A stretch of DNA of 64,000 bases from Halieaceae bacterium (GTDB lineage: Bacteria > Pseudomonadota > Gammaproteobacteria > Pseudomonadales > Halieaceae): contig JADGEN010000003.1 of assembly GCA_016744355.1 (NCBI GenBank), positions 6,385 through 70,384 of the forward strand. The letters are read 5' to 3'. The translations under genes and the position numbers were made by a program. Numbering within the stretch: the stretch's first letter is position 1; each line of letters opens with the position of its first letter. Of this stretch, positions 38,531 through 48,100 are shown piece by piece. The notes under the pieces were generated by a model. That model was not told where the DNA came from, made no database searches, and saw nothing but the letters and a program-made list of their open reading frames with translations.

Positions 38531-39316
38531 CTACTCGAGCCGCCCATAAAATGTCATTCGAGCCGATTCCGAAAGTGAAACTCCAGCTTTTGTGTTGTAC
38601 GCAAGCACGACTAGCATCCTCGTTTTCTCACCAATTGTCGGAGTGACTCGATGTATTGAGTTTTTTCCTCGAAACAGAACGAGTGCACCGGAATCCATTG
38701 CGAGTTTTTCAGTTTCAATTTCGCCATCCAGAACTTTTTCCGAAAGTTCGAAATTCATTTCGCCTGCATCGGCATCCCGTACATCTTTTACATACTCGAA
38801 TTCCCCTCCATCCGCTGGACTCTGAATCATCAGAGTGATGGCGAAGGAGGAGTTATCAAAATGCCAGCCCAGTTCTTGCCCTTCACCCGCATAGTGCAGA
38901 TTGATAGACGATAAGGGGTCAGCGTATTCGTGTAACTCTGACTCATCGAGCACTGCACATATAAACTCTCTAAACTCCTCAGCATCGTATAGCGTGCAAA
39001 GCGCGGAATCGTCAGGAATTTGATCGTCTGTAATGCAGCCCTTTGACGATGAGACCAGACGATTTCGTGGATGTTCAGAAGGATAGGCATCATCGGATGG
39101 TGTAAGGTAAATGTTGTGATCGGAAACGGTATAGTAGGCGAGATGTTGCTGCTTTCGACCTTCATCTTGAATGGATGCAATGGCCTTGGGCTTTACAAAA
39201 TTTCGTAACACCAGTGCGCCGTTCTCATCCACTGTGCGTTTGCACTGCGCTCGAAACTCTTCGCTTTGTAGTGGGTACTGCGCAAGGTCAACAATGTCTG
39301 CTAGTGATTCATTCAT
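38531..39316 (-). CDS. Fe(II)/2-oxoglutarate-dependent oxygenase-like protein
   Basis: 261 aa. A candidate facial triad is WHFDNS (H-x-D) ... SIHRVTP, and the size fits a double-stranded beta-helix. The subfamily was not recognised. Confidence 0.6.
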   Translation of the reverse strand: MNESLADIVDLAQYPLQSEEFRAQCKRTVDENGALVLRNFVKPKAIASIQDEGRKQQHLAYYTVSDHNIYLTPSDDAYPSEHPRNRLVSSSKGCITDDQIPDDSALCTLYDAEEFREFICAVLDESELHEYADPLSSINLHYAGEGQELGWHFDNSSFAITLMIQSPADGGEFEYVKDVRDADAGEMNFELSEKVLDGEIETEKLAMDSGALVLFRGKNSIHRVTPTIGEKTRMLVVLAYNTKAGVSLSESARMTFYGRLE

Positions 39317-39340
39317 AGGTGAATATCCTGATTGTCATTT

Positions 39341-40684
39341 TCATAGCACCATTGCGGCCAGCCATCCAAACGCCATCAGTGGTATAGCGAAGTGAATAAA
39401 TGTTGGTACAACGGTATCCCATATATGATCGTGTTGTCCGTCTGCGTTTAATCCAGCGGTTGGCCCAAGTGTAGTATCGGAGGCGGGTGACCCAGCGTCA
39501 CCTAATGCGGCTGCGGTTCCAATCAAGGCGACTGTGGCCATAGCCGAAAACTCAAAACTGACACACAACGGAACATAGATTGCCGCAATAATGGGTACCG
39601 TCGAAAACGACGATCCAATGCCCATTGTAACCAGTAAGCCGACAACGAGCATAACAACTGCTGCCATGGGCTTACTATCGCCGATAAAGCCAGCAGCGTC
39701 TTGTACTAGCTGCGGAATTGCGCCGGTCGCTTTCATTACCTCGGCAAAGCCAGAGGCAGCGATCATGATGAAGCCGACGAATGCCATCATGCGTACTCCC
39801 TGTGTGAAGACACTGTCTTGCTCGCTCCACTTTACGATGCCGCATGCAGAAAGCACTGCGAACCCTGCAAGTCCCCCAAACACCATTGAGCCACTCCATA
39901 GCTGAACCGCCAGAGAACCAACAAGTGCAACGGCGATGCCGATAACTTGCCAGAGTGAGAGGCTGGCAGGTGCATTGCTTACAGTCTCTCCTTGAATGGG
40001 TCGATCCTCGTACACTCTTTTTTTACGGTACGTAACCAGTAGCGCAAATAGAAGCCCCACGCATAAGCCCGAGACTGGTATTAACATGGCCTTGGCAGCC
40101 ATACCGCGCTCGATACTAAAACCGATCGCTTGTCCGGCGAGGTTTATGTTGGGTGTTAAAATTTCATTTTGAAATATGTTGCCGTATCCTATCGGTGAAG
40201 TCAGGTACATTACACTTAGACTAAAAGTAATGACGCACGCAACCGCTCTTCGGTCCAGTTGCAGATGATTTATGACCACTAGTAGCGGTGGGATCAGAAT
40301 AGGGATGTACGCAATGTGCACAGGGATAATCGTTCCAGAAGAAAACCCGGCAAGTATCAGTGCGGCATAGAGAATCACTGTTACTTTTGTCGAGAAGGTA
40401 TGCGACTGATTGTCCTTTTCAATGTATCCAATAATACGTGTTGAGATTCTTTGCGCGATGCCAGTTCGAGATAGCATTACCGCAAAGGCACCCAGAGTGG
40501 CCAATGCGAGTGCCACCGGAGCACCACCGCCCAAGCCTTTGTTGAATGCTGAAACAATATTCTCAGGTGACAGACCAGCATGCAGGCCTCCAACAACAGA
40601 CGCAATAATGAGAGACATAATAACCGGCACTCGAGACAAACTCAGAATCATCACTATTAGTATCGAGAGTACAATTGCATTCAT
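39341..40684 (-). CDS. NhaC/YuiF-like Na+/H+-antiporter-superfamily transporter
   Basis: 447 aa with about 11-12 TM helices. The N-terminus (VPVIMSLIIASVVGGLHAGLSPENIVSAFNKGLGGGA) resembles Na_H_antiport_2/YuiF-type carriers. This is from memory. Confidence 0.65.
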   Translation of the reverse strand: MNAIVLSILIVMILSLSRVPVIMSLIIASVVGGLHAGLSPENIVSAFNKGLGGGAPVALALATLGAFAVMLSRTGIAQRISTRIIGYIEKDNQSHTFSTKVTVILYAALILAGFSSGTIIPVHIAYIPILIPPLLVVINHLQLDRRAVACVITFSLSVMYLTSPIGYGNIFQNEILTPNINLAGQAIGFSIERGMAAKAMLIPVSGLCVGLLFALLVTYRKKRVYEDRPIQGETVSNAPASLSLWQVIGIAVALVGSLAVQLWSGSMVFGGLAGFAVLSACGIVKWSEQDSVFTQGVRMMAFVGFIMIAASGFAEVMKATGAIPQLVQDAAGFIGDSKPMAAVVMLVVGLLVTMGIGSSFSTVPIIAAIYVPLCVSFEFSAMATVALIGTAAALGDAGSPASDTTLGPTAGLNADGQHDHIWDTVVPTFIHFAIPLMAFGWLAAMVL

Positions 40685-40948
40685 GGTCTATACCTTCATC
40701 GGCTCCTTGTCTATGTGATCTTTTGTTTTTGCTATAGGCGAGATTGCGCAGGGCTATGAATTATTGCGTATCGATAATTCCATCAACACAGACTGATTAT
40801 ACATACTCGGTGATGTTGTTGCCTCGAGTCACGTTTAATATTATGTCTCAAATGGGTAGATTGCGCTCATCCAGGTCGGGCCAAAACACAGCTGAAGTAC
40901 CTCAATAGTCTCAACAAATATTGTCATTAAACAAAAAGGGAACACACC

Positions 40949-41332
40949 ATGTCGAATGATAAGAAGATCGCAGAAGTAATGCAGGCTTATGTCGATGCTG
41001 TCAGTGGTGACGATGTGGAGGCAGTTTTGGCATTGTTCACACAGGATGCCGTGGTAGAAGATCCGATTGGCAGTGGCGAAAATGTTGGCCATGATGAGCT
41101 GCGTAAGTTTTACCAGATCGCAGTGGATTCAGTTGAGAAGATGGTGCTGGAAGGTAATCCTCGAATTCGGGAGCAATGGGGTGCCTGCGCAATGTTGGCC
41201 TACCCGAAAGGAATGGATCTGAAGTTCGTCATAGAAACACTGGACGTGATGGAATTCAATGACGCAGGAGAGATTACGCACATGACCGCCTATTGGGGTG
41301 ACAGCAATATGCGTCAACTCCAGGTCGTATAG
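40949..41332 (+). CDS. SnoaL/ketosteroid-isomerase-like (NTF2 fold) protein
   Basis: 127 aa. The pattern MQAYVDAVSGDDVEAVLALFTQDAVVEDPIGS is typical of steroid delta-isomerase-like proteins. Confidence 0.7.
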   Translation: MSNDKKIAEVMQAYVDAVSGDDVEAVLALFTQDAVVEDPIGSGENVGHDELRKFYQIAVDSVEKMVLEGNPRIREQWGACAMLAYPKGMDLKFVIETLDVMEFNDAGEITHMTAYWGDSNMRQLQVV

Positions 41333-41477
41333 ATCCTCAGTGGCCAGCTAACGCCGTTATCCTTGGCGATTTTCTGATGCAAAGGTACCAACGCGCGGAT
41401 ATTAGGATTACTATACTCGCTTAATTTGCAAGTGCAGCGACTCCAGCTGCGCGCTATCCATTTTGAGGAAAACTGGT

Positions 41478-42050
41478 ATGTCGATATTTTTGAGAGTATT
41501 TTTGATTCTGTCCCTATTTAGCATATCTGGCCAGATGGCGTGGGCAGACAGCGATGCTGAAGCCGTTGCTTCATTTCGCGCTGCCGGTGAGAGTGGCACC
41601 TTCTTTGACACTAGCTACGGCTACGCGGTGTTTCCTACAATTGGAAAGGGTGGTATCGGGATTGGTGGCGCGCATGGTACCGGTGGTGTCTATGCTCAGG
41701 GTATAAAAAAAGGCACCTCGTCTATGACGCAGATAACCGTTGGCTTCCAGCTGGGTGGCCAGGCCTTTAGCCAGATAATTTTCTTTGAAGATGAGCGCGC
41801 TTTTCAGTCTTTCACTTCAGGTAATTTTGAATTCAGCGCTCAGGCGTCGGCAGTGGCAATTACCGCCGGTGCATCTGCTGAGGCTAACACCGGAGGTGGT
41901 GCGGGTTCAGGGATCAGTGGCGGGCGCAATGACGCTACTACCAGTCACGGTGGTTATCGTAAGGGGATGGCTATTTTTACCATTGCTAAAGGCGGCCTGA
42001 TGTATGAGGCAGCCCTTGGTGGGCAGAAATACAGTTACGCCCCTTTATAA
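41478..42050 (+). CDS. SYLF (DUF500/Ysc84-like) lipid-binding domain protein, secreted
   Basis: Signal peptide plus YGYAVFPTIGKGGIGIGGAHGTGGVY and the repeated G-rich beta pattern. The ATG at 41478 follows GAGGA. Confidence 0.75.
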   Translation: MSIFLRVFLILSLFSISGQMAWADSDAEAVASFRAAGESGTFFDTSYGYAVFPTIGKGGIGIGGAHGTGGVYAQGIKKGTSSMTQITVGFQLGGQAFSQIIFFEDERAFQSFTSGNFEFSAQASAVAITAGASAEANTGGGAGSGISGGRNDATTSHGGYRKGMAIFTIAKGGLMYEAALGGQKYSYAPL

Positions 42051-42108
42051 GTTACTCAGTTAAGCCTCAGTAGCATTATAAGTTACTCAGTTAAGCCTCA
42101 GTAGCATT
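42047..42108. repeat. perfect 31-bp tandem duplication (2 copies)
   Basis: ATAAGTTACTCAGTTAAGCCTCAGTAGCATT occurs at 42047-42077 and again at 42078-42108. Copy 1 contains the stop of the SYLF gene. Copy 2 supplies the last codons and stop of lutC. Confidence 0.9.
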
Positions 42109-42792
42109 TCGGGCATTGCTCAGGGCATCTTCTGGTATTTCGCCCAGTAAAATGACATGCCAGCTTCGCGGCCCATGTGCTCCCTTGACGAGCTGGGCTT
42201 CGATGTCGGCCGTGCTCGACGGGCCAGAGATAAAGTTAATGCCTCTGGGTCTGCCTGATTCTTGTTGATCTTTGTTTATCTGCGTCCATGCATCGTCGAG
42301 CGTCGCTACCAGAGTGGCTGTATCTACCAGCACAATATGATCTTCAACCAATAAGTTGTTGGCCGCGGGATTGCTCTTGCCGGTGTAGGTAACAATCGAG
42401 CCGGTTTCGGCAATTCCCATACATGCATAGCTCAGACTGGCATTTTCTCCGTGCTCCGCTGCACCAAAACGTGGCAAAACAGCACCGTCTCTCCAGGGCA
42501 TTGCGGCCAGCCGGGGGTCGTTACCTGCAACCAGCTTGCGCGTTCGAAAGCGACTGTGCAGGTGTTCAGCAACCGCTTTTACGGCTTCGGAGCGATTGCT
42601 GGTACAGGCTACAGTGCCCTGGTTTTTAAGCACATTGATTAAGAATGCCTCGCACAAACTCGAAGCGGGCAATGTAGGAGAGGGTGCTTCTCCCAAGCTG
42701 TTTAGCTCTGCGTAGATACGCGCGGGTTGCGCATTTTGGCATGCGCGCTGCAACTTGCCCATGAGTTCAGTACGGGCGCTATCTTGAGCCAT
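42091..42792 (-). CDS. lutC: lactate utilisation protein C (LUD domain)
   Basis: LUD-domain pattern (GIAETGSIV..., LVEDHIVLV, GPSSTADIE). The ATG at 42792 (MAQDS) overlaps the lutB end by 14 nt. Confidence 0.85.
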   Translation of the reverse strand: MAQDSARTELMGKLQRACQNAQPARIYAELNSLGEAPSPTLPASSLCEAFLINVLKNQGTVACTSNRSEAVKAVAEHLHSRFRTRKLVAGNDPRLAAMPWRDGAVLPRFGAAEHGENASLSYACMGIAETGSIVTYTGKSNPAANNLLVEDHIVLVDTATLVATLDDAWTQINKDQQESGRPRGINFISGPSSTADIEAQLVKGAHGPRSWHVILLGEIPEDALSNARNATEA

Positions 42793-44221
42793 TGTTCGCT
42801 TTCCTTTGAGCGGCATACTGCTGCATAAAAGTTTTGCCCTGCGGAGCGGGGAAGTCCCGTTGGTCTGTCCAGCCATTGGCGAGCATGAGAGACTTGAAGC
42901 TGCCTTTTTTGCGCCCCAGCCACGCGAGTACAGGAATTCCTATACCGCTAAGCGTGTGGTAGAGCCGAGGTCGCGCGAGCAGCCATGCATGTGTTTTCAT
43001 ACCCAGCCGCCAGCGGCTGGGTGTAAGTTTCTCGCGGTTTTTTTCGTGGCGCAAGTCGCGTAATAAATCGGGCAGGGGAATGCTGGAGGGACAAACCTCT
43101 TCACAGCGGCCACAGGCTGTGCAGGCATCGGGCAGTGCCTGAGCTTCCTCCAGCGAGTCGAGAAGAGGGGTTAACACGGAGCCCATAGGGCCCATGTAAA
43201 CACTGCCATAGGCGTGTCCGCCCACGCCAATGTAGATAGGGCAGTGGTTGAGACATGCGCCACAGCGAATGCATTGAAGCATTTCGCGATAGTCGCTGGC
43301 CAGAATGTCGCTGCGTTTATTATCCAGCAGTACAAAGTGAGTTTCAATGGGGCCGTCTACGTCCTGCTCCCTGCGGGGTCCCGAGTAAAAGCTTGTATAG
43401 CAGGTTATTGGCTGGCCTGTGGCAGATCGAACCAGCAGGCGCAACGCTGCCATCGCATCACTTGCGCGCGGCACAATCCGGTCCAATGTGGTGCAGACAA
43501 TCATTACTTTGGGTAAGTTGGCGCACAGATCGCCATTGCCCTCATTAGTCACCAGCATGGAATAGCCGTTTTCGGCGATGAGGGCATTCGCCCCGATGAT
43601 GCCCACGTCGGCGCTGAGGAAATGCTCGCGCAATACGCTGCGCGCCTCTGCTACCATTTCGGTTGGGCCTTCCAGTTCGCGTTCTCCCAGATCGTGTTTT
43701 TTTAGAAACAGCTCGCGAATTTCATCGGCTGACTTGTGTAGAGCAGGGCCCACGATGTGGCTGGGTGTTTCATTTGCCTGTTGGATAATGTACTCACCCA
43801 GATCGGTCTCGACAACGCTCAAGCCTGCACGCTGTAGATGGTGAAGGAGGTGCGTTTCCTCCGTGACCATCGACTTTCCCTTGACGACACGCTGCGCCCG
43901 ATGGGATTGGCAGATGCCCAGCACTATACTATTCATCTCAGAGGAGTCCCGCGCAAAGTGAACCTGATTGCCATTATCAAGGGCTTCGCTTTCGAACTGA
44001 GACAGGTAGTGGTGCAGGTTATCCAGGGTGTGTTGCTTGACGCCTTTAACCTGTTTGCGTAGATCCTGGAACTGGTCGAATTGATCTACTGCCGCGTCTC
44101 GCACCAGCGGCATGAAGAGACCCAGCATGTCGCGGCGTTTGACCTTGTCGGTTTCGAGTAGCGAGTCTCTTACATTGCCTAAAAAGGCGGCGCTCCCTTG
44201 CTCTTCGGGTATGTTGCTCAC
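42779..44221 (-). CDS. lutB: lactate utilisation protein B (4Fe-4S ferredoxin-type iron-sulfur protein)
   Basis: 480 aa with CIRCGACLNHCP and CTACGRCEEVCP clusters and an N-terminal LUD-like domain. It lies between lutA and lutC. Confidence 0.9.
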   Translation of the reverse strand: MSNIPEEQGSAAFLGNVRDSLLETDKVKRRDMLGLFMPLVRDAAVDQFDQFQDLRKQVKGVKQHTLDNLHHYLSQFESEALDNGNQVHFARDSSEMNSIVLGICQSHRAQRVVKGKSMVTEETHLLHHLQRAGLSVVETDLGEYIIQQANETPSHIVGPALHKSADEIRELFLKKHDLGERELEGPTEMVAEARSVLREHFLSADVGIIGANALIAENGYSMLVTNEGNGDLCANLPKVMIVCTTLDRIVPRASDAMAALRLLVRSATGQPITCYTSFYSGPRREQDVDGPIETHFVLLDNKRSDILASDYREMLQCIRCGACLNHCPIYIGVGGHAYGSVYMGPMGSVLTPLLDSLEEAQALPDACTACGRCEEVCPSSIPLPDLLRDLRHEKNREKLTPSRWRLGMKTHAWLLARPRLYHTLSGIGIPVLAWLGRKKGSFKSLMLANGWTDQRDFPAPQGKTFMQQYAAQRKANNGSR

Positions 44222-45030
44222 GACTTGCCCTCGCCAATGGCGGGCTTGCTCAGGTCGCCGGCGAGTAATTCTGCCACGTGCCTCACTTCGATGGTTTTTC
44301 CAAGCCGTTGGGCGCGCCCTGCAATATTCATCAGGCAGCCCATATCTCCACCAGCGAGAATTTCTGCTTCGGTTGCCAGGGCGGAGTCGAGTTTGTCACT
44401 GGCCATTTTGCCTGATAACTCGGGCATTTTTGCGCAAAAGGTGCCCCCAAAACCGCAGCATACTTCGGTCTGACTCAGCTCAGTCACTTCGGTATTGCGA
44501 AGGTTTTTCAGTAACTCCCTGGGTTGAGCTTTAATGCCCAGCTCTCTCAGGCCCGCGCAGCTATCGTGGTATGTGACCGAAGGTAGGCGCGTTCCATCAT
44601 CAATAGGCACATGCATTTCGGCTATTTCAGCAAGAAAAGTTGTCAACTCAAAGGTTTTTGCGGCCAGCGCCAAAGCTCGTTCGCGCCACTGACCCTCAAG
44701 TAGTTTGGGGTAATGGTGTGTAATCATGCCCGCACAGGAGCCAGAGGGCACTACGACATAATCAGCAAACTCGAAGGCCTCAATGACTTGCTGCGCAAGA
44801 GGGATTGTAGAGTCGTAATCGCCGGTATTGTAGGTGGGTTGGCCGCAACAACTCTGCCGTGAAGGTACGCTTACTTTACAGCCGGCTTGCTCTAATAAGG
44901 CAATGCTGTCGAACGCAACAGAGGGGCGAAACAGGTCGACCAGACAGGTGACATACAGTGCGACACTAAAGCGCGGCGCGTTGCTGCTTTTTTTTTGATG
45001 GTTCACTCTGGTATCAGCTTCTCTTTGCAT
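44218..45030 (-). CDS. lutA: lactate utilisation protein A ((Fe-S)-binding CCG-domain oxidoreductase)
   Basis: VALYVTCLVDLFRP, CCGQP and CCGFGG are CCG-domain motifs. The N-terminal ~20 codons (which include an A9 run) are uncertain. Confidence 0.9.
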   Translation of the reverse strand: MQREADTRVNHQKKSSNAPRFSVALYVTCLVDLFRPSVAFDSIALLEQAGCKVSVPSRQSCCGQPTYNTGDYDSTIPLAQQVIEAFEFADYVVVPSGSCAGMITHHYPKLLEGQWRERALALAAKTFELTTFLAEIAEMHVPIDDGTRLPSVTYHDSCAGLRELGIKAQPRELLKNLRNTEVTELSQTEVCCGFGGTFCAKMPELSGKMASDKLDSALATEAEILAGGDMGCLMNIAGRAQRLGKTIEVRHVAELLAGDLSKPAIGEGKS

Positions 45031-45124
45031 GCACGTTACTACAGTTATTATTGGCTTGAGCGCTTATATTCTTTGTCGAGGCGCCAAGTTGAGTATATCG
45101 AATTTGGGGTAGTTGTGCGCCCTG

Positions 45125-48100
45125 CTAATAAAGTAGCAGGCAAAATAGTGCCCCGCCCAGAGAGGCTGCGCAAGCAATCATCCCGCGAGTCAAAGGGTGG
45201 GAGCTTTGGCCAAGTTTGACCAGTACCGTTTTACGGTCTACTTTAACGCCGGCTCGGGCAAGAGGCGCAATACTTTGCGCCAACTGCTCTGTGGAAAACA
45301 CAGGCAGGAGTCTATTGCCGACATAGACAGCAATGTCATCCAACAACAAAAAATTATTGCGATAGTGAATACGTGCACCACCGTCGATGTGATAGTTGTT
45401 GTTATGGTCGACCAGTACTAACCGCTCGTCCAGCACTCCAACGTGTCCGGGTTTGCTCATAGCGATCAATGTGAGACCTATGGCTGGGCCGCTGAAAAAG
45501 ATAATAGCTGCCACTACAACGTTAATCGGTGCGAGCTGATAAGCCAGAGTGCCTATGACCAATATAGCGGTAGCGGCCAGTAGTGCGACAAGCTGTTTGA
45601 ATGTGGTCTTCTTCTTCGGGTCTAGTGGTATCCAGCGAATCGACTTAATTTTATGATCTATTGGCTCTGCGCCGCGCACATTGTCCGCCTTGTAAACCAG
45701 GGCACGCACCTGGTGAAGACGACCCAATACGTAGGCTACTATTCCCAGTAGTGCGAGAAGGCCCAGACTGGCATACCACAATCGTCGCGACTGAGTCTGG
45801 CTGGCCTGTTTGCGGTTGATGTCTCCGGCTAGCGCTTTGGGGGTGAGAGCTAGTTCTGTTTCACCCTCGGCATTAAATCGTAAAATGTCGACGCTAGTGC
45901 TGTCGACAACGAGAATTTTGCCTGACCAGGCCAGAAGCTGTTGCGGAAGGCTTTGTGGCGCCATAGCAAGCGTGGACAGGTATTCCCAGTTGGCATCAAA
46001 GCGATATACCGCGCCATTGTCGGTTTCGGGGTTGGTCATAACTACCCACCAACTATCCGCCGACCACAGAAAATTACTCACCCGTGTGTGACCTTGTTCC
46101 TGCGCCTGCGGAGGAAGCAATAAAATGTCGTCCAACTGCTCGCCAAAACCCTTGGCATCGGGCCGAAAAACACCGATTGCAGGGCCTGTTGAGCTGTTGA
46201 TGTAAAGCAGCCCCTCGTGAAAGGCCAGCTTGACTGGGCCTGCCATGGTCACCGTCTGTTGCGAGATTAAGGAGCCATCTTGCGCGAGTCTGCTCAGTGA
46301 ATTTGTCCCTGCGATAGCAACAAAGCTATCTCCCGTGCGCACGTCGGTAATCCAGTCGCTGACCTTACCGTTGGGAATGTCGGCGGCGAAAGCTGCGCAG
46401 CTTGTAAGCTGTAAGTCGCATCGTAAGAGGCGCTGCGCGCTAGAGGCCTTGCTTGTCTCGGCTGCGAGCGGACTTTGGAAGAGCAGTTTTCCGCTGCGAT
46501 CGAAGTCCAAAAGCGTAGCCCCGGTGTCGAGACCCAGATCGGCAAAGCGGTAGCGCTTACTGTCTGTACCGGAGCGGTCCAGGGCAAACAGTTCGCTCCC
46601 CGCTGCGATAAACAGCGACGAGTGTTGATTGGCGATAATTTTATCTGCATGAGTTATGCCGGCATCAGGCGTTGGAAGAAGCGCGTAGCGGGCGCCAAGG
46701 ATCAACAGTGTGAGTAGGGCGACGACTGAAGCAATGTACATTACCTTCATTAACTGAAGTGATGCTGCGGCTCGCTGACGTATTTCTACGGTGTTTCGAA
46801 ACGGCTTCAGGTTAAACAGGTTGGGAGCACCGGGCTGACGTTTTGACCCAGCAAGCGCGGCAGGGATAGCCGATGTAGGCGGCGCTGGCTGTTTTAGAGT
46901 CTTCGCCGCTGGCTCCGGAGTTACTTCAGCGGCCTGTTGTAATTTTTCCAGCCTGGCCGTGCCTGCAGCAGCGCGCTGCAGTGCCGCCTTCTCCATTTCC
47001 CGTTCTTGTGCACGCTGCTTGGCTGCTTTTTCCTGTGCCAGGCGCTGCTGTTTTCTCTGCGCTTCTTCAAGTTCAAACTGTCGCTGCTTATCTTCCTTCA
47101 GGGACAAATTGCGCTTGGTCTCTTCGGCCTTGCTCTTTGCAGCCAGTGTGCGCAGAGCGTCCTCGATACGCTCTTCATCCGCTTTGGCTCTCGCAGCTGC
47201 CTCAGCGTGTTTACGTTTCTGTGCCGTGAGTTCTGTTCTGAGTCTTGCCTCTTCTTCCTTGACTCGCTTGTGTGCTGCTAAGTCCAATGCTTGTTGGGCC
47301 GCGGTTTCTTCCTCTGCCTTCTTGCGAGCAATTTCATCCAGTGCTGCCTGGATGGCTACTTCTTCATCTGCTTTTTTCTTCGCATTCAGCGCTGCAGTTT
47401 GCTCTCGCCGTGCCGCTTTTTCAGCTTCTTCTCTGGCGATTTCTTGCGCCAGCATACGCTCCTTCTCGGCTGCAATTCGAGTCTGTTCTTCGGCCTCTTC
47501 TTTGGCAGCGGCCTCTTCGCGCTTGTGTTTTTCTTCCGCCCGGGCTCTCGCCGCTTCCGCCGCAGCTTTCTTTTTGGCCGCCAGCGCTTCGGCCTTTCGT
47601 TTGGCGGCTTCTTCAGTTCTTAATCGTTTCTGCTCGGCTTTAAGGCGTGCGGTTTCTTCATCGCGCTTACGTTTTTCTTCCGCCCGGGCTCTCGCGGCTT
47701 CCTCCGCGGCTTTCTTTTTGGCCGCCAGCGCTTCGGCCTTTCGTTTGGCAGCTTCTTCGGCTTTTAACCGTTTTTTCTCGGCTTTTACGCGTGCGGCTTC
47801 TTCATCGCGCTGACGTTTTTCTTCCGCTGCAGCTTTCTTTTTGGCCGCCAGCACTTCGGCCTTTCGTTTGGCGGTTTCTTCTTCGCGCTTGCGCTGCTCT
47901 TCCGCTCGGACTCTTGCATCTTCCTCGGCCGCCTTTGTTTTGATCGCGAGTGCTGCTGCTTCTTCTTGTTTGAAAGCTTCCTCAGCTGCTTTCCTTTTGG
48001 CTTCCAGTGCCTCGGCTTCCCGTTTGCGTTTTTCTTCTTCGGCCTGCCTGACGGCGTTACCCGGTTTACTTATTGGGGGTGCGGGAGTCTTCTTCGTCTT

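Noticed and set aside
46959-47943. Several long plus-strand ORFs (up to 284 aa) rich in Ser/Ala/Cys/Arg/Phe, opposite the large minus-strand gene
   Set aside because: They are antisense shadows of the GAA/GCN/AAG-rich repeat region. Their composition is low-complexity and non-protein-like. They have no start context, and the minus-strand frame is continuous for 3.3 kb with clear domain structure.
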